Source of the DNA: Trueperaceae bacterium
GTDB lineage: Bacteria > Deinococcota > Deinococci > Deinococcales > Trueperaceae
Length of the DNA: 64,000 bases
Direction of reading: 5' to 3'
Assembly (NCBI GenBank): GCA_034520945.1
Contig: JAXHNB010000001.1
Coordinates: 256,001 to 320,000 of the forward strand
The notes beneath the pieces are model-generated. The model saw nothing but the letters and a program-made list of their open reading frames with translations. It was not told where the DNA came from and did not search any database. Shown here in pieces: positions 63,651-64,000 of this stretch. How positions within the stretch are numbered: the stretch's first letter is position 1; the number at the start of each line of letters is the position of its first letter. A program made the translations under genes and the position numbers.

Positions 63651-63683
63651 TACCCCGTGGGGGGTGGGGTATGCCTCAGTGTA
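63651..63683 (-). promoter_or_regulatory. CsoR-type operator and -10 box
   Basis: TACCCC-N9-GGGGTA palindrome (63651-63671) immediately downstream of TACACT (plus 63678-63683). Confidence 0.78.
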
Positions 63684-63867
63684 GCCGGCCGACCCGAACC
63701 GGACAAGGGACCGGCCTACCCATGCGCACGCTGCGCCGGCGTGTGCGTCCCGGACGGGCGACGCGGCCCTCGCAGCGGTGCGGTACCGTGATTCCACGCG
63801 CCACGCCGCGGCGTGGCGCGCCGTACCGGCCGGGGCGGGCCCCGCCGGCCGGGCGACTGGGAGGACG

Positions 63868-64000
63868 ATGACGCGACACCGCGACCCACGCACCGTGACC
63901 CCCCGCTACCCCCTCGACCCCTGGCAGGTTCGGGAGACGCGTTTCGATCCGGACGTCAGCCGCGAGGCCGAATCGCTGTTCGCGCTCGGGAACGGCTACA
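63868..64000 (+). CDS. Glycoside hydrolase family 65 (maltose/trehalose/kojibiose phosphorylase-like), 5' fragment
   Basis: GGAGG SD; MTRHRDP...DPWQVRETRF...ESLFALGNGY N-terminal signature; runs off the window. Confidence 0.75.
   Translation, partial: MTRHRDPRTVTPRYPLDPWQVRETRFDPDVSREAESLFALGNGY

Overview
High-GC bacterial chromosomal window. It is probably Deinococcota (Trueperaceae-like), inferred from leaderless TANNNT-N6-ATG genes and gene content. Positions 1-18.9 kb hold a secreted multidomain protein, TlpA/CcdA, DinB-like, DUF1684, and a sulfate-ester utilisation locus (ROK regulator, sugar-type ABC transporter, three CxPxR sulfatases, an FGE-family protein, and a convergent radical-SAM anSME plus MFS). 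This part has many small frameshifting indels that look like long-read errors. Positions ~18,900-39,200 and ~39,201-59,488 are a head-to-tail ~20.3 kb tandem duplication. Each unit carries two PQQ/sorbosone-type beta-propeller dehydrogenases (one fused to cytochrome c), a pncA-nadE-nadD-pncB-MOSC NAD-salvage operon whose NAD synthetase is of the eukaryotic (NADSYN1/Qns1) type, mrpABCDEFG, a non-canonical SHMT-fold enzyme paired with a fused LeuC-LeuD aconitase-family protein, and a CAP-domain lipoprotein. The two copies are identical over kilobases but differ in tight, mostly synonymous patches, strongest in mrpB, so the duplication may be real or a strain-mixing assembly artefact. After it come a c-di-GMP-II riboswitch ahead of a second CAP lipoprotein, a copZ-csoR-copA copper operon with a CsoR-type operator, and the start of a GH65 gene. 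No tRNA, rRNA, CRISPR array or transposase was seen. Protein identifications rest on motifs recognised by eye, not on database searches.
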